Source of the DNA: Nitrospirales bacterium
Lineage (GTDB): Bacteria > Nitrospirota > Nitrospiria > Nitrospirales > UBA8639
NCBI GenBank assembly: GCA_965203295.1
Contig: CBDBCZ010000019.1
Coordinates: forward strand, 2,016,001-2,080,000
Reading direction: 5' to 3'
Length of the DNA: 64,000 nucleotides
The notes under the pieces were generated by a model. It saw only the letters and a program-made list of their open reading frames with translations, made no database searches and had not been told where the DNA came from. Made by a program: the position numbers and the translations under genes. Positions within the stretch are counted from its first letter, which is position 1. Each line of letters opens with the position of its first letter. Positions 41,383-50,887 of the stretch are shown piece by piece.

Positions 41383-42002
41383 ACTCTTTTGCTCTACGTC
41401 TGACATTAATACTCTCTCTTGTCTTCCTCACCGCTCCTCTCCTGTCAGCCCATGCTGAACGAGTATGGGACGCAGAGCTGAATCGATACTTGACACCTGA
41501 GGAGCTGGGTCATGTGGAAGTCTTCCTCACACCAGAGGAAGGCTCGAATTTGATATTTTCTGATTCCGAACAGATTCGTCACGTCAATTTGATACTGACT
41601 CCCTCCCAAAAAGAGAGCATTCAAGAAAGAATTGGGTGGACCTTTCCTGAAACTTCTTTTGAATGTTTTATCGGAGAAACTCAGGGCAAAACTGATGGAT
41701 GGGCTTTGGTTCAAAATACCGTCGGGAAACATAAACACATGACGTACATGGTCGGAGTTGACCAGGATGGAGAGGTCATGAGCGTTGAGCTGCTCGTCTA
41801 TCGAGAGTCCAGGGGAAGTGAAGTCCGAAAAAGGCGCTTTAACTATCAATACGAAGGGAAAACTGTCTACGATCCCATTCGCATCAACCGGGACATTATT
41901 AACATCTCCGGTGCCACGATGTCTGTCCGCTCGATGAGTGCTGGCATTAAACGAACCCTTGTGGTGGTGGATGAAGTCTATCTCAAACCCTCAGGCCGAT
42001 GA
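41379..42002 (+). CDS. Exported FMN-binding domain protein (ApbE flavinylation substrate)
   Basis: Signal peptide; YRESRG; DIINISGATMS contains the [S/T]GA[S/T] flavinylation motif; ATGA coupling with upstream gene. Confidence 0.85.
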   Translation: MNSFALRLTLILSLVFLTAPLLSAHAERVWDAELNRYLTPEELGHVEVFLTPEEGSNLIFSDSEQIRHVNLILTPSQKESIQERIGWTFPETSFECFIGETQGKTDGWALVQNTVGKHKHMTYMVGVDQDGEVMSVELLVYRESRGSEVRKRRFNYQYEGKTVYDPIRINRDIINISGATMSVRSMSAGIKRTLVVVDEVYLKPSGR

Positions 42003-42082
42003 AGCACGATTAGTTCGAACGGTGGTGCCGAAAAGAACTTGTTTGAGTCCCTTTTGGGATTTTGATCCCCTACTGAAATGGG

Positions 42083-42595
42083 ATGCGGAATTTTAACACC
42101 CGGTTTCACCTTCGCGATACAGACCGACACATTCGGTTAGTGTACACGTGGTTCCTCTTACTGATGTTGGCTGGATTTATCTTTACGTTCTTTTGGGCAC
42201 ATAGCATGACCGACCTTACCCCCAAAGGCATTGCTGATCATTACCGTGGCTCCAATGCAACTTTTGGTGAGCCCATGTCATTTGGCCAATTGTCAGAGAC
42301 AACCCATTTTCATCTGTTTACCATGCCGGTAGTATTCCTCATCATGGTTCACGTACTCTATCTCACGATGGCAGGATCCCTCGTGAAAGCCATTACGACT
42401 TGGGCTGTTTTTTTAGGAGTTACCTTTGATCTGATTTCCCCTTGGCTCATCACGTATGTCTCTCCAGTGTTTGTTCTGACGATGCTAGGAGGTGATATTC
42501 TCATGACGTTGAGCTTCTTGGTGATGTTCATCATTCCAATGTATGAGATGTGGATCCTCAATCTACCTTTTATGATGAGGGAGTCAAATGAGTAA
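42083..42595 (+). CDS. Four-helix membrane protein with conserved-looking His residues (putative heme-b protein)
   Basis: About 4 TM segments; ADHYRG and THFHLFTMPVVFLIMVHVL. Confidence 0.6.
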   Translation: MRNFNTRFHLRDTDRHIRLVYTWFLLLMLAGFIFTFFWAHSMTDLTPKGIADHYRGSNATFGEPMSFGQLSETTHFHLFTMPVVFLIMVHVLYLTMAGSLVKAITTWAVFLGVTFDLISPWLITYVSPVFVLTMLGGDILMTLSFLVMFIIPMYEMWILNLPFMMRESNE

Positions 42596-42830
42596 GTACG
42601 TATTCAACTAGTCAGATTCAGCTCTCGTCAGGCTAGAAACCTTTCGTCATAGAGCCCAAGATTGACGTCACAATCTTGGGCTCTTTTTTTGCCGCAAGAA
42701 GTCTTGCGTCTCGACATCTTTCGAAGAGAAAATATGCGCTCCTGCCATCCTCGCTTTAGAACGACAGGGCTCTTGCCCTGCACGACTCTTCGCGTTCCAC
42801 TGGTTGCCTCTAACTTGTTTGCTCTAAGGG

Positions 42831-42877
42831 TTGACAAAGTAAAAATAATATGATATTGATAATTATTATCTATATCA
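42831..42877 (+). promoter_or_regulatory. Sigma70 -35 with strong palindromic Fur box
   Basis: TTGACA 42831; TGATATTGATAATTATTATCTATATCA (42851-42877) with GATAATTATTATC core. Confidence 0.75.
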
Positions 42878-42949
42878 ATATTAAAACTATTGCCCTTGGG
42901 CCATCTTTCGATGCTTAACATTTCACACACGCAGCCCCCTAATCTTCAG

Positions 42950-43071
42950 AGCAGCCGGAATTCTGCGCCTCCTGACCTCACCAGGGATAGAGTGGGTTTA
43001 CCCCTCCCACTTCATCCACAGCAAATTCCGCCTGCTTGGCAAGGGACCAACAATTCCTCCGGTCCCTTGCC
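42950..43071 (+). ncRNA. Candidate Fur-regulated structured RNA (sRNA or leader) with C-rich loops
   Basis: Stems 42950-42962/43024-43036, 42971-42985, 42985-43017 and a perfect 11-bp stem 43038-43071 with loop AACAATTCCTCC. Confidence 0.4.
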
Positions 43072-43128
43072 CTCCCTATTTCAGCGGTCTACTTAATTGT
43101 CTGCACTTTTTTATAGGAGAAATAAACC

Positions 43129-43632
43129 ATGAAAATCGGTGACATCATGCCTCCATTCATCTTTCCCGCTCAAGTAGGAGGAAAGCTCATCCCCCTAACC
43201 TTTTCTCAATTCAAAGGGGAATGGACAGCCTTATTCTGTGTTTCTTCTCTCCATCAGATTGATATGAATGCTTTTGATGATCAGTTCGAGCAGTTCGAAT
43301 CTTGTCAGTGCAACCTTGTCGTTTTGACAGAGAAGGATCTTCCTTTCCATGACTCATTCGGTCAGCAATATCGCAACTTCCGACCCTACCTACTAGCCGA
43401 TCCTTTACGACGATTGACCTGAGCACTGAAACCCACTGACTCTCTTTCGTCTCATCGATGCGAATTCTTTCTCATCAATCCAGAAAGTCGATTATACATG
43501 CGGCTCATTCAGGACTTTGGTCATCAAGGGATCAGCGACCTTCTTGATATTCTTCTGATGATTAAACTGACCATCCCATTCACAAGAGAACAATCACTTC
43601 CAGAAATAATTCCCGCTGGAAACCCAGCATGA
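43129..43632 (+). pseudogene. AhpC/TSA peroxiredoxin-fold protein lacking the peroxidatic motif, with in-frame TGA
   Basis: IGDIMPPF, FKGEWTALF, LLADPLRRLT*; frame continues ALK...RCEFFLINPESRL to 43632; AGGAG RBS. Confidence 0.6.
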
Positions 43633-43837
43633 AAAATGGTTTTTCAATTTTCAAGAACACATTCCACGAAAGCTTGCCTTCTTTCTCACTATCCTCTTGG
43701 TATGGTCATACCAACTGCTCCGTGGTTTCTTGATAACCAGTCCTTTGCAAGAGAGAAACATCGTACATTTTCTTGACTTAAGAAAACCTGATTAGTGATA
43801 CACAATAACGCAAATGCATTTTTGAGCAAGGCAACCC

Positions 43838-44104
43838 ATGGATTTAGTTCGATTTCTTCTCCTCATACTCATTCTATTCTTCTCTGGATGCGCACCCAGT
43901 CTCTACTGGGCCAAACCCGGTGCCCAACCTGGGGAATTTGAACACGATATCATCGAGTGCCGACGGACCCTTGGAATCAGGAATACAGGAGGAGCCGTCA
44001 TCAATCCTCGTGCGCTGTCTATGGTAACCGGAGAGGTCCCTGTTCAGCAATGCTTAGCGAACAAAGGATGGTATTTGGCGGAAAAACCCGACAATGAGGG
44101 ATGA
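43838..44104 (+). CDS. Hypothetical lipoprotein
   Basis: FSGC lipobox; WAKPG...D...EC...CLANKGW pattern. Confidence 0.7.
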   Translation: MDLVRFLLLILILFFSGCAPSLYWAKPGAQPGEFEHDIIECRRTLGIRNTGGAVINPRALSMVTGEVPVQQCLANKGWYLAEKPDNEG

Positions 44105-44379
44105 GATAAGCTCTCATCCTATTTCCAATCCTCTAATTTTTTTTTCGCACCAGTCCACGACAACTATAGTGTTTTCACTTTCCTTCAATAAATCAGAAAG
44201 TTCATTTTCCCTCTGGATATAGGGATTTTGAATTAAGGAATGTCTTAATAAAAAGTTAAAAAAACTGTAGCTTTTGACACCACAGACGGCGACGTTTATG
44301 CCATGACAAGACCTTCTTTCATTCGTTCTCATCATAGCAATGCCTGACAGATGGATAGTATCCATCGGATAAACCCCAT

Positions 44380-44660
44380 GCGGCAATCCTCCCGATCAAT
44401 TTGGGATGAGGGGAGGTTAGAAGCTCTGAGGACTAACTCATCACGATGGGGAGAAAGAAGATAGAGAAGGCAGGCATCGGCTTTGGTCACTTCGACCACA
44501 ATCTCGACAATATGCCTGAAGACTGATTCCAGATCTAAGGTGCTACCGATAGATTCACTGATCTGGTGCAAGACCTCCACTTATCGAGTTCTCTCGAGGA
44601 GAACAGCCTTCACGTTTTTATTGGAACGATTTGGATTTATGCTCTTCAAGATAGGGGCCA
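44380..44660 (-). pseudogene. Remnant of a GAF-domain protein
   Basis: LERTR*VEVLHQISESIGSTLDL...ADACLLYLL...ELVLRAS; in-frame TAA, then GAF similarity is lost. Confidence 0.6.
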
Positions 44661-44701
44661 AGCATGTTCGATTGAACTACACACTGTCTACGCTATCTAG
44701 A

Positions 44702-45802
44702 CTATAACCCATTCCATGAGCCGTTAAACCATTGCCTGACTTTATCTCGTTGTAAAGGAATCACTTCCACCTTTCCAATTTTTCGAGGGACCACACAATG
44801 GACCTGTCCACTCGCGACCTTTTTATCGTGGAGCATAGCAGACCACAAATCTCTAAAATGGAGAGGAGGAATGGACTGAGGCAACCCTGCACTTTGAATC
44901 AGCTCACGCTGTCGAGTGACCACTTCTTCCGAGCAAAGTCCCAAAAACCTGGAGAGTTCAGCCTCGCAGACCATGCCCATACCCACAGCTTCCCCATGAA
45001 TGAATTTTCGATAGCGGCCCCAAGATTCCAGTGCATGGCCAATGGTATGTCCATAGTTTAAGATGCGACGTAACCCAGACTCTAGTTCATCCCGAGCCAC
45101 CACCGAAGCCTTGATTTCACAACATCGCTTAACCACAGACTGGACGATCTCGGATTTCATCTTCAGTATCGCACCGATCTGGTCTTCAAGAAATCGAAAA
45201 AATGTCCTATCCGCAATCATGCCATACTTAATCACTTCAGCAAGCCCGGCTATCCACTCCCGTTTTGGTAGAGTTCGAAGCGTATCTGTATCCAACAGTA
45301 CAAGCGAAGGTTGATAAAATGCTCCAATCAAATTTTTTCCTAGGGGATGATTGACTCCTGTTTTTCCACCCACGCTGGAATCCACCTGCGCCATGAGGGT
45401 TGTGGCGACTTGAACAAATGGGATTCCCCTGAGGTAAACAGCCGCCGCAAAACCGGTGATATCTCCTATAACTCCTCCTCCCAATGCCACGAGGACTGAA
45501 TTCCGTTCAAACTGGTGTTGCACTAACTCATTCAATATTTTGCCCACCCATTGCAAGGTCTTGGCCTTTTCTCCATCTGGGATGAGGATCGTCTGGCAGC
45601 TGAAACTGCATTGTTTCAACGATCGAATAACTTTCTCACCATACAGTCGATAGATAGTGGAGTTCGTCACAATACCAACTTTCCCGGAGAATTGGAGTTG
45701 ATGAAGATACTGCCCCAGGTTACCAATCCCTTCCCTCTGAATGATGATGTCATAACTGCGTTTACCCAATGAAACCTTGACGTTCATATTGCTGTGAATC
45801 AT
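44702..45802 (-). CDS. aroB: 3-dehydroquinate synthase
   Basis: GGGVIGD, TTLMAQVDSSVGGKTG, KNLIGAFYQP, LNYGHTIGHA. Confidence 0.97.
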   Translation of the reverse strand: MIHSNMNVKVSLGKRSYDIIIQREGIGNLGQYLHQLQFSGKVGIVTNSTIYRLYGEKVIRSLKQCSFSCQTILIPDGEKAKTLQWVGKILNELVQHQFERNSVLVALGGGVIGDITGFAAAVYLRGIPFVQVATTLMAQVDSSVGGKTGVNHPLGKNLIGAFYQPSLVLLDTDTLRTLPKREWIAGLAEVIKYGMIADRTFFRFLEDQIGAILKMKSEIVQSVVKRCCEIKASVVARDELESGLRRILNYGHTIGHALESWGRYRKFIHGEAVGMGMVCEAELSRFLGLCSEEVVTRQRELIQSAGLPQSIPPLHFRDLWSAMLHDKKVASGQVHCVVPRKIGKVEVIPLQRDKVRQWFNGSWNGL

Positions 45803-45874
45803 GTTTGTTCAAACCCCGATGATGCTCACTTCATCAGGAGCATCGGAATACATTCACGTTGCCAAAGACTCAGT

Positions 45875-45910
45875 CACTTTCCCATCAACCAACACTTTCC
45901 CATCAACCAA
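45875..45910. repeat. Perfect 18-bp tandem duplication (intergenic)
   Basis: CACTTTCCCATCAACCAA x2. Confidence 0.9.
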
Positions 45911-45959
45911 TGAGAGGTTAGAGAGATCAAGCCACGATTAGGTCTCGACTCGGACCTTT

Positions 45960-47120
45960 CTAGAATTCCTTGACATACGCTTGGTAGGCATCAAAATTTC
46001 GTTTCATTTCATCAAGACTATCCCCACCAAATTTCTCAATCATGGCGTTTGCCATCTCATAGGCGATGACGGCTTCACCGACAACTCCAGCAGCGGGAAC
46101 CGTGCAGATATCTGATCGTTCTACCGTCGCTTCAAAGGGTTCTTTGGTTTGGATATCGACGCTGTTTTTGGGACGATATAAGGTCGCAATAGGTTTCATA
46201 GCCACATTGATGACGATAGGCTGACCATTGGTAATACCTCCCTCTAAACCTCCAGCATTATTCGTTTTTCTCTCAAAGGTATTGTCTTGAGCCTTGTGGT
46301 AAATATCATCGTGGACTTCTGATCCAAATCGACGAGCGGACTCAAATCCCATTCCAATTTCCACCCCTTTCATAGCTTGGATGCTCATGGCCGCCATCGC
46401 TAATCGAGCACTGAGACGACGATCCCATTGGGAATAACTTCCCAACCCAATCGGCGGATTTAAGACCACCACTTCGAATATTCCACCTAAAGAATCCCCT
46501 TTATACTTGGCCGCCCGAATCTGTTCCACCATTTTCTCTCCTGCCACGGGGTCAGGGCATCGGACCTGTGACTCTTCCGCTCTGTCAAAAGCCTCCAAAG
46601 GGTCTTCAACTTTTGAGGCAGCCACCCCCCCAATTTCCATCGTGTAACTGAAGACCTGGATGTCAAATTGAGACAGAAGAGCTTTGGCTACGGCACCGAT
46701 GGCTACTCGAATAGCCGTCTCACGGGCACTTGCTTTCTCCAACACGTTGCGAATATCACGATGCCCATACTTGATCGCTCCGACAAGGTCCGCATGGCCA
46801 GGCCTCGGGCGTGTGACCACTTTTTCTGTCGGAGGCGGACCAGGCTCTGCCGCCATAATGTCTTTCCAATTTTCCCAATCTTTGTTTCGAATGAGAAATC
46901 CTAGAGGATTCCCAAGAGTTTTCCCCTTCCGTACTCCGCACGAAAACTCAATCTGATCCTTTTCGATTCGCATCCTGCCACCACGCCCATACCCGCCTTG
47001 ACGACGATGAAGATCCAGGTTGATCATTTCCGCGGTGAGAGGAAGGCCAGCCGGCATACCCTCAAGAACCGCCAATAAGCATCGTCCATGTGACTCGCCT
47101 GCATTTAAATATCTCAACAT
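45960..47120 (-). CDS. aroC: Chorismate synthase
   Basis: GESHG, RRQGGYGRG, RPGHAD, SARET, GGLEGG, MKPIATL, RSD. Confidence 0.97.
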   Translation of the reverse strand: MLRYLNAGESHGRCLLAVLEGMPAGLPLTAEMINLDLHRRQGGYGRGGRMRIEKDQIEFSCGVRKGKTLGNPLGFLIRNKDWENWKDIMAAEPGPPPTEKVVTRPRPGHADLVGAIKYGHRDIRNVLEKASARETAIRVAIGAVAKALLSQFDIQVFSYTMEIGGVAASKVEDPLEAFDRAEESQVRCPDPVAGEKMVEQIRAAKYKGDSLGGIFEVVVLNPPIGLGSYSQWDRRLSARLAMAAMSIQAMKGVEIGMGFESARRFGSEVHDDIYHKAQDNTFERKTNNAGGLEGGITNGQPIVINVAMKPIATLYRPKNSVDIQTKEPFEATVERSDICTVPAAGVVGEAVIAYEMANAMIEKFGGDSLDEMKRNFDAYQAYVKEF

Positions 47121-47253
47121 CGCAATGTCCTATGTGTTGAAGCTAAAAATAAAAGTTAAACCCCATGTCCCTAGGAGAAATATTTCTCCCACGGCACGGC
47201 TGAATTAGAGTGACTGAACCCCATTGCCCGATTTGAGCAATTTTCTATTGGAG

Positions 47254-47577
47254 CTAGGTGAAAAGCTGAATAACTAGTTTATTCTGTGTCTCCTTTACAT
47301 CATACCGGACCCCCTGTCCTCCAACTTGATTAAGGTCAAACACTAATCGAAGTTTTTGAAGGTGCTGCCCAATTCGAATACCTTTCAATATCGCGTGGTC
47401 AACCGGAAGCTCCTTAAATCGAATAGAGGAAACGACGTTGACCAGATCAAGACTCAGCCTCGCTTCATCTACACGAAACATGCGGTAAGAAAACCTTCCA
47501 TCTACTTCTACGACAATCGTCACCTCATTTTGTCCTCGTTGGACAGAGACTTTCGTTAAACGCCTAGCAAGGGGCAT
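47254..47577 (-). CDS. Isolated AMIN domain (probable pilQ remnant; no secretin domain)
   Basis: RLSLDL...IRIGQH..KLRLVFDL; lies after pilP; no signal peptide. Confidence 0.55.
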   Translation of the reverse strand: MPLARRLTKVSVQRGQNEVTIVVEVDGRFSYRMFRVDEARLSLDLVNVVSSIRFKELPVDHAILKGIRIGQHLQKLRLVFDLNQVGGQGVRYDVKETQNKLVIQLFT

Positions 47578-47585
47578 AGGGTAAT

Positions 47586-47708
47586 GACGCCCCGCGGCTT
47601 TAGCCTACTCTGCCGAAAGAGCTCTGACTACAAAGGCTGGGCAGCCGTGGCTTCCTGTCGCTTGCGCGCCAGAGCTTCAGCGGCGGCTAGCGCGTAGGCG
47701 GGTGAAAT
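47586..47708. repeat. REP-like palindromic repeat, copy 2 (composite)
   Basis: 47634-47708 is similar to 22631-22712; begins GCCCCGCGGCTTTAGCC, reminiscent of IS200/IS605-type end hairpins. Confidence 0.65.
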
Positions 47709-47735
47709 GAGGTCTTATGACAAATGTAGCCCTTA

Positions 47736-48278
47736 TCAGGGTTTTTTCCCTGACTGAAGGAGATTCAGCCTCAGAATATGTTTCTTCTCTGATCTCTTTT
47801 CCTCTTCTTGATCTGAAAACATTTCGATAACAACAGTTTGGTTAGTAATCGTTTTCATTCTTCCTTGGATTCTCGCAATAGGCGATCCAGGACCAACAAT
47901 CATCTCATCGCCATCTTCGAATCGAAGGAAAGCCCTAGGCCCAACAGCACCGAACATAATCCCTACTAGAATCACACGTTCTCCCAAGGATTTTTCTATT
48001 CCGGAACTCTCAAAGACACTCGCCGAGTCGGTTTGAGAAACATCAGGAGGGGAAAATGGATCACGATTGTCTCCCGGATCATATTCATAGGGAGGAACAT
48101 CCAAAAGAACGTGACGGACATTCACATCTTTTGGTTCCGCAACGAAATGCTTCATCCTATTCTCCTGCCACTTTTTTGTTGTCATGTCGGCCGAGGCTAC
48201 CCAGGCAAAGAGCTGAATCAGGACGACCAATCCAGAAAGAACAAGAAGGCTCCTCCTATAGAATCGATCCCATTTCAT
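47736..48278 (-). CDS. pilP: Type IV pilus PilP-like protein
   Basis: YEYDPGDNRDPF, LVGIM; operon position. Confidence 0.7.
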   Translation of the reverse strand: MKWDRFYRRSLLVLSGLVVLIQLFAWVASADMTTKKWQENRMKHFVAEPKDVNVRHVLLDVPPYEYDPGDNRDPFSPPDVSQTDSASVFESSGIEKSLGERVILVGIMFGAVGPRAFLRFEDGDEMIVGPGSPIARIQGRMKTITNQTVVIEMFSDQEEEKRSEKKHILRLNLLQSGKKP

Positions 48279-48287
48279 GAGAACACT

Positions 48288-48929
48288 CTATGTGCGATCC
48301 ATAAACAACTTTTCTTTTTCAAAAGAAGACACCAACGTGCTCTTTTCAATTTCGTGAAGCCTTGAAAAAACCATAAGATCTAATTCCACACGAATGCCTG
48401 AGGCAGCTCTTCTTTCTGAAGGACCGAACATGCGAAATTTTTCCACCTGCAATATTTTTGGGAAGTGTCCCATTCTATTTAAAAACAAGCCCAATTGATG
48501 GAACTCTCCTTCAATTTGAAGAACACCTGGAATTTGCCCAACTTCTAATATGGTATTTTTTTCAAGGATACCCGGCTTCCATTGAGTAATAGCCACATTT
48601 AGCCCTTGTGCTTCCTGCGACAGAGATTTTAAAACTTGTTCAAGTTCAATATTCAGACCAAGGCTTTCTTTTCTCGTCTGAAGTCGCACATTCAATTCAT
48701 GAATCGTGGCTTTCAAAGCTTTCGACTCACTGACCTGCGTCCTCTCTTGTGTCAATCGCAGGTCCAGTTTATCAATCGATCGGCTTAGTTGCTCAAAATG
48801 ACGAAATGCCGGCTCCAGGGTTGACATAAAAAACCCCACCCCCAACACACACATGAGCATGCCGATGACGGTCACCTTTTGAAGCGGGGAAGTCTCTTCC
48901 AACCACTCAAAGATTCGCTGTTGCATCAC
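48288..48929 (-). CDS. pilO: Type IV pilus PilO-like protein
   Basis: TM + coiled coil, GEFHQLGLFLNRMGHFPKI. Confidence 0.75.
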   Translation of the reverse strand: MMQQRIFEWLEETSPLQKVTVIGMLMCVLGVGFFMSTLEPAFRHFEQLSRSIDKLDLRLTQERTQVSESKALKATIHELNVRLQTRKESLGLNIELEQVLKSLSQEAQGLNVAITQWKPGILEKNTILEVGQIPGVLQIEGEFHQLGLFLNRMGHFPKILQVEKFRMFGPSERRAASGIRVELDLMVFSRLHEIEKSTLVSSFEKEKLFMDRT

Positions 48930-49486
48930 CCGGTTCCAAATTCAGCAGAAGGGTCAACGTAAAGTGAAACGTGGATTTTCCCTGGATCGAATCCGTACCA
49001 ATTTCAACAAGTTGAGCGCTGCCAAATACATCTCGCTTCTTTAAGAAATCAGTAAATTGAAAGATGTCCTGTTTTTCTCGCCCGTAGCCATGAATGAGCA
49101 CGCGAGGGCCCTCAACCTCCAAACTCTTTAGCCACAGTTGAAGAGAATGTACTCCTTGGCTCACGACATCAAGAACCTGCACAGCCTTATATCGTTGGGC
49201 CATCACTTGATAGAGCACACCGTGCTGCTGAAATAATTGCCTCTCACGCCCCTTCAGGAGTTCTAAGTCTTTTCTTTTTTCCATTATGGTCGCTAATTCA
49301 GTTTCTTTAGATTTTTTCTCCGCGAGGAGTTGGGTCTCTTTGCTATCGAGGTGAAACAAAACAATCATACATGCGGTGAGCAATACCCCAATTGCTCTCA
49401 TAATCATCACTATACTGCCACTTGAGGGATCGCTGATGCCGAATGGAAGAAGCCCTGTTGTCAACAAGTAAATTTATTTTGATCAC
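48907..49486 (-). pseudogene. pilN: pilN, frameshifted
   Basis: Canonical MIKINLL start (GTG 49486, overlapping the pilM TGA) is in a different frame from the PilN body (LWLKSL...IHGYG...F). Confidence 0.65.
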
Positions 49487-50599
49487 CGGTCTCCCCATTT
49501 TCTGAGAGCGAGCCCAACACCCACAGCCATCATAGGAGCAAAATCCTTTAGATCAGGGCCAGTTCCATCGTCCCCAATAAACTCAATCCCCATCAAAGGA
49601 TTTGCGAGTTCAGTGGGAAGACTGAGGTCTCTTTGCAACGCTTCCTGAAGGCCTATCACCCTTGCATATCCTCCAGAGAGGATCAGTTTCTGTACCATTT
49701 TCCCGGTATCAATTTCGCAAAAACAATCAATCGTCCTTTTTAGCTCACGAATGATCTCCTTATGCTTTTCCTCTACTACCGAACGCACGTTGATATAATT
49801 CATCGGTTGGAACAAGATTTTGTCCACATCCTCTGATGAGCCATCGATCATCATCTGAATAGCTTCTTCGGGATAATCGCCCGATGTCACAACCATATTG
49901 AGCACGCTGGCCCCTATATCGACCAGCATCACGACTTCTTGGGGCAAACTAGATGCATACCGCTGATAACTATTGAAAAGCGCCAAACCATCCACATCCA
50001 TCACAACAGCATTCAATCCAGCCGATTTCACCAATTCTGTCTTGGCATCTACTGCCTGTTTCTTTGCCGCCACAATGAGAACTGGTGTCGTGGAAGATCG
50101 TTCTCTCCCATGAAAAAGTGCTGGCTGATGATAAAAGTCCCAATAGAGTTCATTCAAATCATAGCCAATAAGTTGCTGGCCCTCCCATGCAAGATATTCT
50201 TCTATCTTCCGTGGTGGGCATAGTTGGAATGAAGACTTGCTTCATGAGTAGAGGAGAGCCAGAGATCGAAATCGCCACATGCTTATTGCCGACTCTGCAC
50301 CTTTGGACAAATTCGGCAATGGCTAAAATCGAATCGGATTTTGGGAGTTCATGGCTGTTATTCCCAGCAGAAAGATCCAACCTTTTGATTCCGACTCTCC
50401 GTTTGATTCCGACTCTCCGTACGGCAAAAACAGCCCCCCGAGGTTCAAGATGAACCAATTTGATTGCCCGGGTTCCAATATCGAGCCCGACAACATCAGG
50501 GGACAATTTTCCCCAATGCTTTTCTTTCCACCTCCCTATTAGGCTCCTCTCGGAGGATGCCTCAGTGTCCCATACAAATTCTTGACAACCCAGAGGCAT
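49483..50599 (-). pseudogene. pilM: pilM, frameshifted
   Basis: GLDIGTRAIK in fragment 1; frameshift near 50205 before EEYLAWEGQQLIGYDLNELYWDF; VDIGA, LSGGYA, VGLALR in fragment 2. Confidence 0.8.
50384..50419. repeat. Perfect 18-bp tandem duplication in pilM
   Basis: TTTGATTCCGACTCTCCG x2 (RRVGIK RRVGIK). Confidence 0.9.
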
Positions 50600-50887
50600 A
50601 CAACCACCACAAAATCATCACACAAGCAAAAGAAATGGATTATAAAGGATTTACTCATAATTCCCAAGTTGGATTAAGCAATCGTTGGATCGAATGTATT
50701 GCTTGACGTTCAGTAAGGCCTACTCAAACAAGAGCTCATGCTTGGTTGGCTCTCTGACCTGGCTACCGCCAACACATTATTGTGTGGTTTGAAGTGAACA
50801 GGGAAAAGTGTGGGAATAAGGGGAGAATAATCAAAGAGCTAGGGACAAGACCTGTAGAGTCGAAAACCCAGAATGATGCATAAACTG

